Origin: Pseudomonadota bacterium
GTDB lineage: Bacteria; Pseudomonadota; Alphaproteobacteria; Sphingomonadales; Sphingomonadaceae
NCBI GenBank assembly: GCA_023422695.1
Contig: JAFAGN010000018.1
Location: 23,791 to 87,790 of the forward strand
Length of the DNA stretch: 64,000 bases
Direction of reading: 5' to 3'
The position numbers and the translations under genes were made by a program. The notes under the pieces are model-generated. The model was given only the letters and a program-made list of their open reading frames with translations. It was not told the origin of the DNA and searched no databases. This document shows positions 50,752-60,488 of the stretch, piece by piece; position 1 is the first letter of the stretch; the number at the start of each line of letters is the position of its first letter.

Positions 50752-50776
50752 GGAACTGCCGGGTGCAGCGGGCGTT
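50752..50776 (+). promoter_or_regulatory. EcfG-type promoter for the DUF1206 gene
   Basis: Perfect GGAAC-N16-CGTT. Confidence 0.7.
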
Positions 50777-50809
50777 GGCCTGATGGGTCAACATTCGGGG
50801 ACAGGCATT

Positions 50810-51601
50810 ATGAACAGGTTGCGGCGGCTCGAGACATTTGCGCGGACGGGGTGGTTCGCGCGCGGCGTCGTCTATTGCTTGCTGGCATGGATAGCGCTCA
50901 CCGGTTCGTCGGCCGACGACGCGAGTCCGCAAGCCGTGTTCCGCTCGGTCCGCGATATGCCCGCTGGCTCGATCCTTCTTGCTCTTCTCGCGATGGGTCT
51001 GGCGCTTTACGGCGCCTATCGCCTGTACGGGGCGGCGCTCGATAGCGAAAACAAAGGAACCGGTGCGAAGGGCGTCGCTGTGCGGATAGGCTATGCCGCG
51101 AGCGGCATCGCCCATTTCATTCTCGCCTGGGCCGCGCTTCGCCTTGCCTCGGGCGGCGCCGCCGAAGACGGCCGCGAGAAAGAGGCGGCGGGAATGCTGC
51201 TCGACCTGCCGCTTGGCGGCCTGCTCCTTGGGGTTGTCGGCGCCGCCTTCCTCGCGGCGGCCGCGCAGCAGGCGGTCAAGGCCTGGACCACCGAATTTAC
51301 AAAGGATCTCGATGCGGCAGCACCTGCATGGGCCGTGCCCGTCGGGCGGGCGGGTCTTGCTGCGCGCGCGGTCGTGTTCGCGGCCATCGGCGCCTCGCTC
51401 GTGCGCGGCGGCTGGTTCGGCGCTGCCCGCGAGGTCAAGGGCCTCGGCGACGCGCTTTCGGCGCTCACCGACAATCCGCCGCTCTATCTGCTCGTTGCCG
51501 CGGGGCTGTTCCTGTTCGGCGTACATAGCTTCGTCGAGGCCCGTTGGCGGCGGCTTCGCGATGAAGACATGGTCGCGCGGATCATGGCTGCGCGACGCTG
51601 A
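50810..51601 (+). CDS. DUF1206 family membrane protein
   Basis: Repeated AR.G..ARGVVY / RAG..ARAVVF units with transmembrane segments. Confidence 0.85.
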   Translation: MNRLRRLETFARTGWFARGVVYCLLAWIALTGSSADDASPQAVFRSVRDMPAGSILLALLAMGLALYGAYRLYGAALDSENKGTGAKGVAVRIGYAASGIAHFILAWAALRLASGGAAEDGREKEAAGMLLDLPLGGLLLGVVGAAFLAAAAQQAVKAWTTEFTKDLDAAAPAWAVPVGRAGLAARAVVFAAIGASLVRGGWFGAAREVKGLGDALSALTDNPPLYLLVAAGLFLFGVHSFVEARWRRLRDEDMVARIMAARR

Positions 51602-51624
51602 CGATGCCCATCGCGCAGGCCCGC

Positions 51625-51649
51625 GGAACCCTGTGGGCTTCGCCGCGTT
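51625..51649 (+). promoter_or_regulatory. EcfG-type promoter for the lipoprotein gene
   Basis: Perfect GGAAC-N16-CGTT. Confidence 0.7.
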
Positions 51650-51680
51650 AGCAGGGCAGTCATCAACAGGGAGAGTCTCG

Positions 51681-51956
51681 ATGAAAAAGCTGTTTGTAAC
51701 CCTCGCCGCAACCTCGGCCCTCGCGCTCGGCGCCTGCCAGAGCCCTGCCGCCGACAAGGTCGAGGATCAGGCCGAAGCGAAGGCCGAGGCGATCGACGAT
51801 CAGGCCGACGCGATGCCCGAAGGTCCCGCCAAAGAGGCGATGGAGCAGAAGGCCGATGTCGTCGAAGAGCAAGGCGAAGAAAAGGCTAACGCGATGGACG
51901 ACAATGGCGAGATTGCTCCGTCCGAAACCGGCGTCGGCGACACCCAGAAGAAATAA
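51681..51956 (+). CDS. Small acidic lipoprotein
   Basis: MKK..signal peptide with LGAC lipobox; A/D/E-rich mature part; hairpin at 51982-52005 downstream. Confidence 0.85.
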   Translation: MKKLFVTLAATSALALGACQSPAADKVEDQAEAKAEAIDDQADAMPEGPAKEAMEQKADVVEEQGEEKANAMDDNGEIAPSETGVGDTQKK

Positions 51957-52087
51957 GACTGCCTTCCCTAAGGGCAGGGTGAAGGGCGCCGGCTCCGGCG
52001 CCCTTTATCGTTGCGGTGGCCCGGCTCAGGCTGCTGGCAGCTGGCGCCGCTGGGACAAGGCAAGGGAACGCGGTTCGGCGTCGCTTC

Positions 52088-52953
52088 TCAGCACAGCGTC
52101 CGATCGAGAAAGTCCCTGATCAGCGGGACAACCTCGTCGAGGTTGGTTTCGAGAAGCCAATGGCCGCCGTCTAGCATATGCAGCTCGGCCGCGGGGAGAT
52201 CGCGCAAATAGGCGCGCGCAGACTTCTCGGGCATATAGAAATCCTGCGGACCCCAGACGATGAGCGTCGGCGGGTGGTGCTCGCGCAGATAGCGTCGATG
52301 CGCGCCGAACCAGGAGCGATTGGCCTTGAGGCCCCCGATAAGGTCGATCGCGATTTCGCGGCGCCGCGGGTTGATCAGCGACCAGTGCAGTTTCCAGAGG
52401 TCCGGCGGAATGCGCGGCACGAGATCGGGCCGCACGTCGTTCAGAAACTCCTCCCGAAAAACATCCTCGCTGATTGCCTTGCCGATCTCGGCGCGCATCT
52501 CGGGTTCGGGAAGCGACCAGCTCTTCTCTATCTCGGCATATTTGTCGCCCAGCGCATCCTCATAGGGAATGTCCCCATTCTGGATGATCTGCGCGAGGAT
52601 GCGTTCAGGCTGCATGATCGCGAGACGCGCGCCGATCGGCGATCCGAAATCGTGAAGATAGAGCACAAAGCGCTCGACGCCGAGCGCACGCACGAACCCG
52701 TCGAGAAGCTGCGCATAGCCGTCGAAGCTATAGTCGAAATGCTCGGGCGTATCGCTGTAGCCCATGCCCGGATACTCGGCGCGAGCAGCCGCCACCGATC
52801 GCCAAGCCGCGGCAGGAGATTGCGAAACTCGAACGACGAACAGGGATAGCCATGCGGCAGCAGCAGCACCGGAGCGTCGGGCGGTCCTGCCTCCCTGTAA
52901 ACGATATCGACTCCGCCGACATCGATCCGCCGATGGAGAGTTTCTCCGTTCAC
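52088..52953 (-). pseudogene. Alpha/beta hydrolase, frameshifted near 52775
   Basis: N-terminal YREAG..HGYP..WRLLAP in one frame continues as YPGMGYSD..HDFG..GGHW in another; CCG-AG-TAT lacks one base. Confidence 0.8.
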
Positions 52954-52980
52954 AGTCGATGCTCCTCGCGCGTCACGATC

Positions 52981-53385
52981 TCAAGGGGCTGGCAGTTCCA
53001 CTTCGGGCAGCGCATCGAGGTCGGCCTTGGTCATGCTCGTCTGAAGATCGGTGTCGCCGCCGCGCACGATGGGCTTGAGGCCCTGCACAGGTACGTGGAC
53101 ATAGCGGTCGGGACCGACGCCATCGAGCTCGACGAGGAGACGGTCCACCTTGTCGTCGGCGCCGCGCAGCACCTGCGATACGTCTCCGAGATACTTCCCG
53201 TTCGCGCCGACGATATCGGCATCGAGGAGTTGTGCCTCACTGAGGCCGAGCGCCGCAGGGAGGGGGCCGGCGACCGTGGCGCTGGTCTCGGCTGCACGTT
53301 CCATCCTATCCTCGGCAGCTTCCTGCTTGCTGTCGCAAGCGGCGAGAAAAAGTGCGGCGCCGGCACTGAGGATGAGGATGCGCAT
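52981..53385 (-). CDS. PRC-barrel-like lipoprotein
   Basis: LAAC lipobox; LLDADIVGANG..LGDV..V; AAAGGA RBS. Confidence 0.7.
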   Translation of the reverse strand: MRILILSAGAALFLAACDSKQEAAEDRMERAAETSATVAGPLPAALGLSEAQLLDADIVGANGKYLGDVSQVLRGADDKVDRLLVELDGVGPDRYVHVPVQGLKPIVRGGDTDLQTSMTKADLDALPEVELPAP

Positions 53386-53530
53386 GTCTTGTCCTTTCAG
53401 TAGCGGATCGAGCTCCGGTTCGACGCGGCAAAACTCGAAATCGTCATGACCTGACCAGGAAACGCCCCGCTGCAAAAGCGGTTGCGATTTTGCGACGTGC
53501 GGCTCTTGGGGCGCGGTCTTCATTTACGCC

Positions 53531-54013
53531 TCAGCCCGCCTCCGTGACCCCCTCGTCGAGCCCGCGCGTCTTCGGTCGCAGCGCCTTGTAGCGCGGAAGG
53601 AACGCCATCATCGGCATCCAGCTCGGCGCCTCGGCGGTATAAAGATGGAAGGCTGGTGCAATCTCTTCGGGATCGTCCAGCGTCCCCGCCGCAATATCGA
53701 TCTCATCGGCCTGGTGGCGCACATGGATCGTTAGCGGCGAGCCGCACGTCCGGCAAAAACTGCGCGTGCCGAAGCTGGTCGATGCGAAGCGTCCTATATG
53801 CTCTTCGCCCGCAAGGATGCGGTACCGGTCGAGATGGACCGTCGTAAAGACCATGCCGCCCGACCCCGAGACATGCTGACAGACACGGCAGTGACACCAG
53901 CCGCTATCATAGGGTTTTTCCTCAAGGCGGTACCGAACCGCGCCGCAAGCGCAGCCCCCATCGAGCGCAACCTCTCCGGCGCTTGCAGCGTCGCTGTCGG
54001 AAGCGTTCGGCAT
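53531..54013 (-). CDS. GFA (CENP-V) family protein
   Basis: GGCACGAVRY, CHCRVC, FCRTCGS. Confidence 0.9.
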   Translation of the reverse strand: MPNASDSDAASAGEVALDGGCACGAVRYRLEEKPYDSGWCHCRVCQHVSGSGGMVFTTVHLDRYRILAGEEHIGRFASTSFGTRSFCRTCGSPLTIHVRHQADEIDIAAGTLDDPEEIAPAFHLYTAEAPSWMPMMAFLPRYKALRPKTRGLDEGVTEAG

Positions 54014-54127
54014 GGAGCTCGCCTTTCTCGCGGCGCGGGTATCGGAGAGGGTAATGGCAGACCGATGGGGTGGTGGCTTCTCTTTGTCCTTCACCGACCG
54101 GGAACCGTGGCGGGATGTCTTTCCTTG

Positions 54128-54559
54128 TCAGAGCTGAACTTCGCCCTCATCCTCCCCGTCCCAATAATGCGCGCGGGTGCCAGACACCTTGATGAGGACG
54201 ATCCCTGGCGTATCGATGCCGTCCGGCCACCAGCGTTCGAGGCCCTTCGTCCAATGTTCGGCGAATTCGGCCTTGTCGCGGATCAGGGCCGCGTGACCCT
54301 CGACGGCGAGGAAGAAGGGCCGCATGCCGAGCAGGCCCGATTTGCCCTGATAGCTCAGATTGACGTTCGGGTTGGCCGCGATATCGGCGACCATGAGGGA
54401 CGTCTCGTCGGTGAAGAACCAGGCATCGCCGTCATAATCGACTTCGCGATTGTTGCTCATCGGCCGCGACCCGATGGCGCCGCCCGCGGTGTGCGTGGCG
54501 AGCATCGCGAAGTCGATATCCTTCATCTTCTCGGAAAGCTGTTCGATCGTCATCGTCAT
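54128..54559 (-). CDS. Pyridoxamine 5'-phosphate oxidase-like general stress protein
   Basis: AML.T...SRPMS, WFFT, VNLS, WWPDG..P, YWD. Confidence 0.88.
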   Translation of the reverse strand: MTMTIEQLSEKMKDIDFAMLATHTAGGAIGSRPMSNNREVDYDGDAWFFTDETSLMVADIAANPNVNLSYQGKSGLLGMRPFFLAVEGHAALIRDKAEFAEHWTKGLERWWPDGIDTPGIVLIKVSGTRAHYWDGEDEGEVQL

Positions 54560-54650
54560 GGGAGGAGCCTTTTGTCTGGAGCGTCTGTATCTGCATCAAT
54601 GCGCCGCGAAGGCGGGAGTTGCGGAGGGGGGCTGCGCCTCGCGGCTTGGG

Positions 54651-55190
54651 TCAGGGACCGGTCGCGGCGGTCCGGCTTTGCCGGCGCGGCGCGCGGATCG
54701 GGCGATATTCGCAGGTGATCGCGAGCTCGCGCCGCGGGGCGGGCAGGAGATGGATGTGGAGCCGGGCTTCGGCGGCGACCGCGTCGAGCGCAAAGGCCTG
54801 CTCGGCCTCGTACATCTCGTCGCGGTGCGGCTGCACCCACTGCCGCACCGATGCGAGCGCGCGCGACTTCGCACGCGCGAGCGTGTCCGCCACAATGAAA
54901 AGATTGCGGTGGCGCTCGAGAAATTCGCCCCGGACATAGCCGCCTAGATTGACATAATAGAGCCGTTCGGGACCCTCGAAGGGCGCGGTCTTCAAAACTA
55001 TGTCATAGCCATCGGCGTGATCGATCTCGGCCCAGCAGTCGATATGGAGGCTGCCCGGCGTGCCCCACCATTGGCGGCGGAGCGCATCATAAGTGTCGGT
55101 GATCGTGGGCGCGGCGACGAAGCGCATGTCGTGCAGCTCGATATTGGCGCCGGCCATCTCGCCGCCGACATAAATGGCGAAGAGCTTCAC
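54651..55190 (-). CDS. DUF1543 family protein
   Basis: YVGG...NIELHD, LHID, LYYVNLGGY, PHRD; GTGA overlap with the upstream gene. Confidence 0.8.
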   Translation of the reverse strand: MKLFAIYVGGEMAGANIELHDMRFVAAPTITDTYDALRRQWWGTPGSLHIDCWAEIDHADGYDIVLKTAPFEGPERLYYVNLGGYVRGEFLERHRNLFIVADTLARAKSRALASVRQWVQPHRDEMYEAEQAFALDAVAAEARLHIHLLPAPRRELAITCEYRPIRAPRRQSRTAATGP

Positions 55191-56839
55191 GCGGCCTTCT
55201 CCTCGGTAGTCGCCTGGCCGATCGCGGCTGCGAGCTGTTCTCCGACAACCAGGCCCATTTCGTGCGAGCTTGTTATTCCCTGGATGAAAGGGTGGCGGCC
55301 GAGCAGGAAGGGCAGGCTGAGGCAGAAGAGGCGGGATTCCGGGATATCGTCTGCCATCGGGTGGAAGGCATCGTCGATCGCGATGCCCCGCGCCTCCGCC
55401 TTGCCGGCGCCAGGCGCTGCATCGCGCACGATGCCCTGTCGCCGCAGCGAGGGGAATGGAAAGGCTGCGGCGCCGAGCGGGCGCTGGCCCATCGCCTCGA
55501 TAAACACATCAAAATGCCGCTGCTCGCCGCCCAGGATCAGGGACGCGCCTGCCTCTTCGCCGCTCGTGTCGATGCGGTAATCGTCGCCGATCGCCATGAC
55601 ATCGAGCTTCCCGGCGCGGTGGAGCGCGATCAGCCGCCGGATCGATTTGTGGGGAACGGTGGCATAATCGTCGACGAACACCGGCTTGAAGTAACGGACG
55701 AAGCGACGGTAGTCCGTTCCCTCCAGATATGGCACGAGAAGCGCGAGCACTTCGTGCATGCGCAGGATCGCGTAGCGCCAGGCGACGGTGTGCCTTGCGG
55801 CATAGTCGTGCTGCGCTTCGGCGAGATTGGCCTCGGCCCACGCGAATGGGTCGCTCGCTGCGCGCCTTGCAAAATAGGCTTCACAGAAGCCCTCAAGGTC
55901 GAGGTTCTCCAGGCCGATGCCCGCGGCGTAAGGGGGATCGGCAGCGGCAAGCTCCGCCTTGAACAGTGCGAAGGCGGCATCGAGCAGCTGGTCTTCTTCG
56001 CTCGCAACGAGACGCGTGATCGCCTCCTCGGTACAGCTGGCGAGCGGCTCATAGGGAAGCGGCGCATAGAAATCGGCTTCGGGGAGCAGGCCCTTCCTCG
56101 ACATCATCGTCATGTGGAATGCATCAGTGGCGGATGCCGGACGATAATGCGTCTCGCCGTCCCGGGTTTCGTCAAACGAGCCATGGATGTTGGCGAGCGC
56201 AATACAGGCGTCGATGGCCGTGAGCGAGCTGCCCCGAATGCCGATATCGCAGGGCGGTACCGTGGCCAGAGCCGAGGCGGGCCAGGGGCTGAGGAAATAG
56301 CCCGGCCGAACCTCGGGCTCGGAGGGCCATTGGTGGCCCGTCGCGAGGACGACATGATCGAAAGCCTCGTCGGCGAGTTCGCCCGACCTCGTGCGAACCT
56401 TGAGTATCATCGCGCCCGACGTGCTGACCGCGTCCTCGACGCGGCATCGCGTGCGCAGCTCGACCTCGATACCGCGCGCGCGCGCCATGTCGATAACGGC
56501 GTCGAACTGGTCGCGGAAATATTCGCCGAGCGCGACGCGCGGATAGAAGGTCCGTTCGCCGATCGCATCAGGATCGATGCCGAGATCGGCGAGGCGCTCC
56601 GGCGGCTGACGTATCAGCCAGTCGCACAGCGTCTCGGCAAGCGGCGGGATTTCGATGCTGGCGATATTCGCCAACATGGCGGGGTCGTTCCAGCCGGGCC
56701 GATAGGGCGTTCCGCAGCCCGCGCTCGCCTGCGCCTCATACACGGCAAGACGGAAGGGCGGGGGGTTGTGGGAGAGAAGCGCATGCAGCGTGTAGAGCGT
56801 GGTCGGGCCGGCTCCGACAAAGGCTATGCGGGATGTCAT
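55187..56839 (-). CDS. FAD/NAD(P)-binding protein (YdhS-like)
   Basis: IAFVGAGPT, MLANIASIEIP, PR...GEY, LATGH, GSSLTAID. Confidence 0.85.
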   Translation of the reverse strand: MTSRIAFVGAGPTTLYTLHALLSHNPPPFRLAVYEAQASAGCGTPYRPGWNDPAMLANIASIEIPPLAETLCDWLIRQPPERLADLGIDPDAIGERTFYPRVALGEYFRDQFDAVIDMARARGIEVELRTRCRVEDAVSTSGAMILKVRTRSGELADEAFDHVVLATGHQWPSEPEVRPGYFLSPWPASALATVPPCDIGIRGSSLTAIDACIALANIHGSFDETRDGETHYRPASATDAFHMTMMSRKGLLPEADFYAPLPYEPLASCTEEAITRLVASEEDQLLDAAFALFKAELAAADPPYAAGIGLENLDLEGFCEAYFARRAASDPFAWAEANLAEAQHDYAARHTVAWRYAILRMHEVLALLVPYLEGTDYRRFVRYFKPVFVDDYATVPHKSIRRLIALHRAGKLDVMAIGDDYRIDTSGEEAGASLILGGEQRHFDVFIEAMGQRPLGAAAFPFPSLRRQGIVRDAAPGAGKAEARGIAIDDAFHPMADDIPESRLFCLSLPFLLGRHPFIQGITSSHEMGLVVGEQLAAAIGQATTEEKAA

Positions 56840-56928
56840 GTTGCGACAATGCTCCGGGCGCGCAGAAGTTCGGCCGACTTGCTCTGGGTCAATGCGAATT
56901 CTCCTCAGCTGCTCCGGGGCGCCCAGCC

Positions 56929-56956
56929 AAAAAAAAGGGTCCGCATGCGCGGACCC
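56929..56956 (-). terminator. Rho-independent terminator
   Basis: GGGTCCGC-N4-GCGGACCC followed by T8 on the minus strand. Confidence 0.8.
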
Positions 56957-56984
56957 GAAGGGGGCTATCAACTTGGCGGGAGGA

Positions 56985-57161
56985 TTAGTTTTCGGTGCCG
57001 GGAGTACCCGTCTTCGGCGGCTTGCCGTCTTCGATGCGGCCTTCGTTGCGAAGGTCGCGGCCTTCCTGCGCCTTGCGCTTGGCCTCGGGGCTGTCGCCGT
57101 TTTCGAAGGCTTCTTCCTTCACATAGCCGGCAGCTTCCTTGATCTGTCCCTTGACGCTCAT
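56985..57161 (-). CDS. CsbD-like small stress protein
   Basis: MSVKGQIKEAAG.VKE; GGAGAG RBS; GCAAC-N17-GGTT at 57197-57222; terminator downstream. Confidence 0.7.
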   Translation of the reverse strand: MSVKGQIKEAAGYVKEEAFENGDSPEAKRKAQEGRDLRNEGRIEDGKPPKTGTPGTEN

Positions 57162-57421
57162 GATACTCTCCATTGGCTGTGGGTTCTGGTGCGAGAAACC
57201 CTTGGACGCGGACGAAAGTTGCCTGCGATCGCCCGGATTTATCTTCGCCGCCGTGCGCAACTTTGGCCGCATCGCGGCGTTTCGCTGCGCGCATGAAAGA
57301 GTGACGACGGCGAGGCTTGGCCATTGCCCTGACGCCTGCGAACGCCCTTCGGCGATCGTCGCCGAACCGCAACTTTTGTACCCTGCAGGCGTTCGCCCGT
57401 CATCATAAACGGGAGACGGGC

Positions 57422-57604
57422 GTGATCCACCAACAGTTCGAACTTGACCGCATCGATCGAAGCGCGCCCGACGCGATGCTCGCCTGGGCGCGCATATTGG
57501 GCGTCAGCCAGTCCGAGATATTGATCGCGGTCGCGGCAGTCGGCGATCGCGCCGACGCGGTTCGTACCTATCTCGCGCGGCCGTGGCCGGAGCCCCTCGC
57601 TTGA
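57422..57604 (+). CDS. DUF3606-like small protein
   Basis: RID......W...LGVS...I..AV.AVG.....VR.YL; GCAAC-N16-CGTT at 57369-57393. Confidence 0.75.
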   Translation: MIHQQFELDRIDRSAPDAMLAWARILGVSQSEILIAVAAVGDRADAVRTYLARPWPEPLA

Positions 57605-58164
57605 CGGAGGGCCCCGAGGGGACGGGCGGCGACGCGGCTGCAGCGAACAGCCGTCGCCCGGACGGAATCAGCGAAAAGATGATCGCCGGGCAGCGCTGGC
57701 ACCGCCACGCGAGCCCCGTTTCCTTCGTCCTGCTCGCTGCCATCGTCGCCGTCGCGCTATCGGGCCTCGTCGGTGGCCAGCCGAGTCCGCTGCGCGCCGA
57801 GGATTTTGGAGCAGCGCGGCTCGAGGTGAAGACGCCCTCGGTCATTCGCAACGGCGAGTTTTTCGAAACCCGCATTCGTGTCGAGGCGATCCGCGATGTT
57901 TCCGATGCGGTGCTTGCGGTCTCCCCGTCGCTCTGGACGGACATGACGATCAACACCATGCTCCCCGCCGCCGCCGAGGAAAGCTACAAGGACGGCGCCT
58001 ATCGTTTCTCCTATGGGGAGCTTCGCGCGGGCGAGACGCTGGTCGTCAAGATCGATGGCCAGATCAACCCGCCGCTCTTCGCAGGAACCAAGGGCGAGAT
58101 TGCGCTGTTCGACGGCGAGCAGCGGCTCGGCAGCATGCCGCTAGAGATCAAGGTCCTGCCCTGA
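57601..58164 (+). CDS. Hypothetical single-pass membrane protein
   Basis: One transmembrane segment followed by a beta-rich domain; overlaps both neighbours. Confidence 0.7.
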   Translation: MTEGPEGTGGDAAAANSRRPDGISEKMIAGQRWHRHASPVSFVLLAAIVAVALSGLVGGQPSPLRAEDFGAARLEVKTPSVIRNGEFFETRIRVEAIRDVSDAVLAVSPSLWTDMTINTMLPAAAEESYKDGAYRFSYGELRAGETLVVKIDGQINPPLFAGTKGEIALFDGEQRLGSMPLEIKVLP

Positions 58165-58646
58165 TGGATATCGTCCTTCGCGCGAGTGCGATGTTTTTCC
58201 TGCTCTATGCGCTCCTCCGTCTCATGGGGAAACGCGAACTGGGGCAGATGACGCCTTTCGAGCTGGTTCTGCTTGTGGTGATGGGCGACCTCATCCAGCA
58301 GGGCGTCACCCATAATGATTTCAGCCTGACCGGCGCGTTGCTCGCGATCGTGACCTTCGCCTTCTGGGCGCTCACCCTCAGCTGGGCGACCTATCTCTTT
58401 CCGCGGCTCAAGAATCTGCTTGAAGGCCATCCGCGCGTCGTGGTGAAGCAGGGCGAGATCATCCGCGACAATCTTCACCGCGACCGGCTCACCGTCGACG
58501 AAATCGAGTCCGAGATGCGGCTAGCAGGGATTGCCCAGCTTTCCGACGTCGAATGGGCGATCCTCGAGCCGCAGGGCAAGATCAGCTTCATCAAGCGGTC
58601 GGACGGCACAGCCCGCCAGCGCGATGCCGAGGATGGCGCGGTGTGA
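58164..58646 (+). CDS. DUF421/YetF family membrane protein
   Basis: RLMGKRELGQMTPFE, EG.P.VVV..G, AILE..GKISFI. Confidence 0.9.
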   Translation: MDIVLRASAMFFLLYALLRLMGKRELGQMTPFELVLLVVMGDLIQQGVTHNDFSLTGALLAIVTFAFWALTLSWATYLFPRLKNLLEGHPRVVVKQGEIIRDNLHRDRLTVDEIESEMRLAGIAQLSDVEWAILEPQGKISFIKRSDGTARQRDAEDGAV

Positions 58647-58715
58647 ATTAGTCGATCGCAACTTTCGGGTCCGCCGCGCGCTGAACAGGCGCGGGGCAAA
58701 ACGATGGAGACTGCC

Positions 58716-59188
58716 ATGAAACCGACCGAAATCGACACCGACGCTACCCATATCTGGCGGGAAAGACGCTGCGTTTCGTGACAGCCGAAAGCTGCACCGG
58801 CGGTCAGCTCTCAGCGGTTCTCGCAGCCGATGCCGCGCTCGGAGTACATCTCGAGCGCGGCTTCATCGTTTATTCGGTCGACGCCAAATGCGAGATGCTC
58901 GGCGTCGCCCGAGAAGACGCCGAGCGAGATGGAGCGGTGAATCCCGAGGTCGCCGCCGCGATGGCGACTGGCGCTCTTCGGACAAGTCATGCCGACATTG
59001 CAATTGCGATCACGGGGTTCTGCGGCCCTCGCGAAGGCCGCGAAGAGGTGGGCCTTGTCTACATCGCCGCCGCCGACGCCGACGCGGTGCGGGTCATGGA
59101 TTTTCATTTCGGCGACATCGGGCGGCGCAATGTGCTCGATCAGGCCGTGGCCGCAGCGCTACAGATCATGATCGATGCGGCATCGTGA
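58716..59188 (+). pseudogene. CinA/PncC (NMN deamidase) family gene with apparent 5' frameshift
   Basis: TAESCTGG, YS..AK, AMA.GA, ITG..GP. The GGAG-preceded ATG 58716 is out of frame with LAGKTLRFVTAES. Confidence 0.65.
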
Positions 59189-59256
59189 ACGAGGGTCGCG
59201 GGCGCTCCGGCGGGCGGGACCGGAAGCAGGAGCAGAGCCGAGTTCGGCAGGCGTCC

Positions 59257-59475
59257 TTAGCGCGGCGCTTTCCGCTTCAAGGCGCCGTCCTTGTGGGCCG
59301 CCCGCTTGCCTTCGGCCGTTTCGACCAGATATTCGGGGTTCGTCGGCGACGCCGCGACATGATGGCCTTTGATGTCCATTGCTTTCGTCACTTTTCGCAC
59401 GACCTTGCCCTCGGCGCGTCCGCCGTGGCTCTTCCAGGTCACCTCATCGCCTTTCTTGGGTTCGTCTTTCATCAT
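59257..59475 (-). CDS. DUF2945 (Hva1 Tudor-like) small protein
   Basis: GDEVTW...G.AEGKV....IKGH.V.AS...PEYLV....GK.AAHK..AL. Confidence 0.85.
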   Translation of the reverse strand: MMKDEPKKGDEVTWKSHGGRAEGKVVRKVTKAMDIKGHHVAASPTNPEYLVETAEGKRAAHKDGALKRKAPR

Positions 59476-59597
59476 CACTCTCCTTCCGAAAAACAGTCCG
59501 CGTGCGCGGCAAAGGTTCCTCTCTTGGAGCGGCGAGCAGGAAGACATCTGGCGCAGGCTCTTTCTATGCGATTGCCGAATAGCGTGGGGAGTCCTCG

Positions 59598-59855
59598 ATG
59601 AATGAGGATCATACGCGCGGACAACGCGACGGTCTGCGGCTTGCCCTCGCCGTCCTTGCCGCTGAAGAAGCGAAATGGGCCGCGCTGCTTGGTGAGAGCC
59701 GATCCTGGCGGACGAACCGCGAACGCGAGGTACGCCACAAGGCCCTGCAGGTCGCCCAGAAGCGGATACAGACATTGCTCAACCGCACGTCTCCAAAAGG
59801 GTCCGATGGGCTCGGCGATGAGGTCGCCGCCGCCCTTGAGAAAGCCGGACTCTGA
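59598..59855 (+). CDS. Small hypothetical protein
   Basis: GGGAG RBS; 85-aa helical-looking ORF. Confidence 0.6.
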   Translation: MNEDHTRGQRDGLRLALAVLAAEEAKWAALLGESRSWRTNREREVRHKALQVAQKRIQTLLNRTSPKGSDGLGDEVAAALEKAGL

Positions 59856-59874
59856 TCGGCGGCGCGCGCTCGCT

Positions 59875-60228
59875 TTATTGTTGTGCGAGGCTGGCTAGCG
59901 CGGCTTCGAGGCTGTCGACGGTGAAAGGCTTCGCAAGGATCGGCCGATCGTTCCAGCAGGGGCCTGGCTGACCGACAAAACCGCCCGTCGCGACAAGGAA
60001 AGGGATCGAGCGTGCCGCGAGAGCCTCGGCTACCGCATCGCAAGGCAAGCCGGATTCGAGATAGACGTCCACAATCGCGGCATCGAATTCGCCTGTCGCG
60101 ATATGTCTGAGCGCCGATGCGATATCGCCGGCGTCCCCGACAATATCATGCCCCAGCGCGCCCAGCGCATCTTCGAGCATCATGGCGACAAGTGGATCAT
60201 CTTCGACGACCAATATCCTTTTGGGCAT
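59875..60228 (-). CDS. Single-domain response regulator (SdrG/MrrA-like)
   Basis: VEDD, AIVDV, PFLVATG (FATGY-like), KPF. Confidence 0.85.
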   Translation of the reverse strand: MPKRILVVEDDPLVAMMLEDALGALGHDIVGDAGDIASALRHIATGEFDAAIVDVYLESGLPCDAVAEALAARSIPFLVATGGFVGQPGPCWNDRPILAKPFTVDSLEAALASLAQQ

Positions 60229-60488
60229 ATTTTCCCTGCATTATCTGCGAGGCGCTCGTGGCGCGCTCACGAAGCTCGACTTACGGCGGCATCCGAGTGA
60301 ATGTCCTCCCGGTGCCGCGCCTACGCCTGAGCATCGGCGACCCTCATCCAAAATCATATTGATCCATGTTAATCGCCGCCCAGACCGCCTGCAATCTCGG
60401 CTGATAGGGCTAGCAAGGCTGCTTGCCACGAAGGGCATGGCAGTGCATGCACGGCACAAATTGTTCGACCGGGCCGAGGGGAATATCG

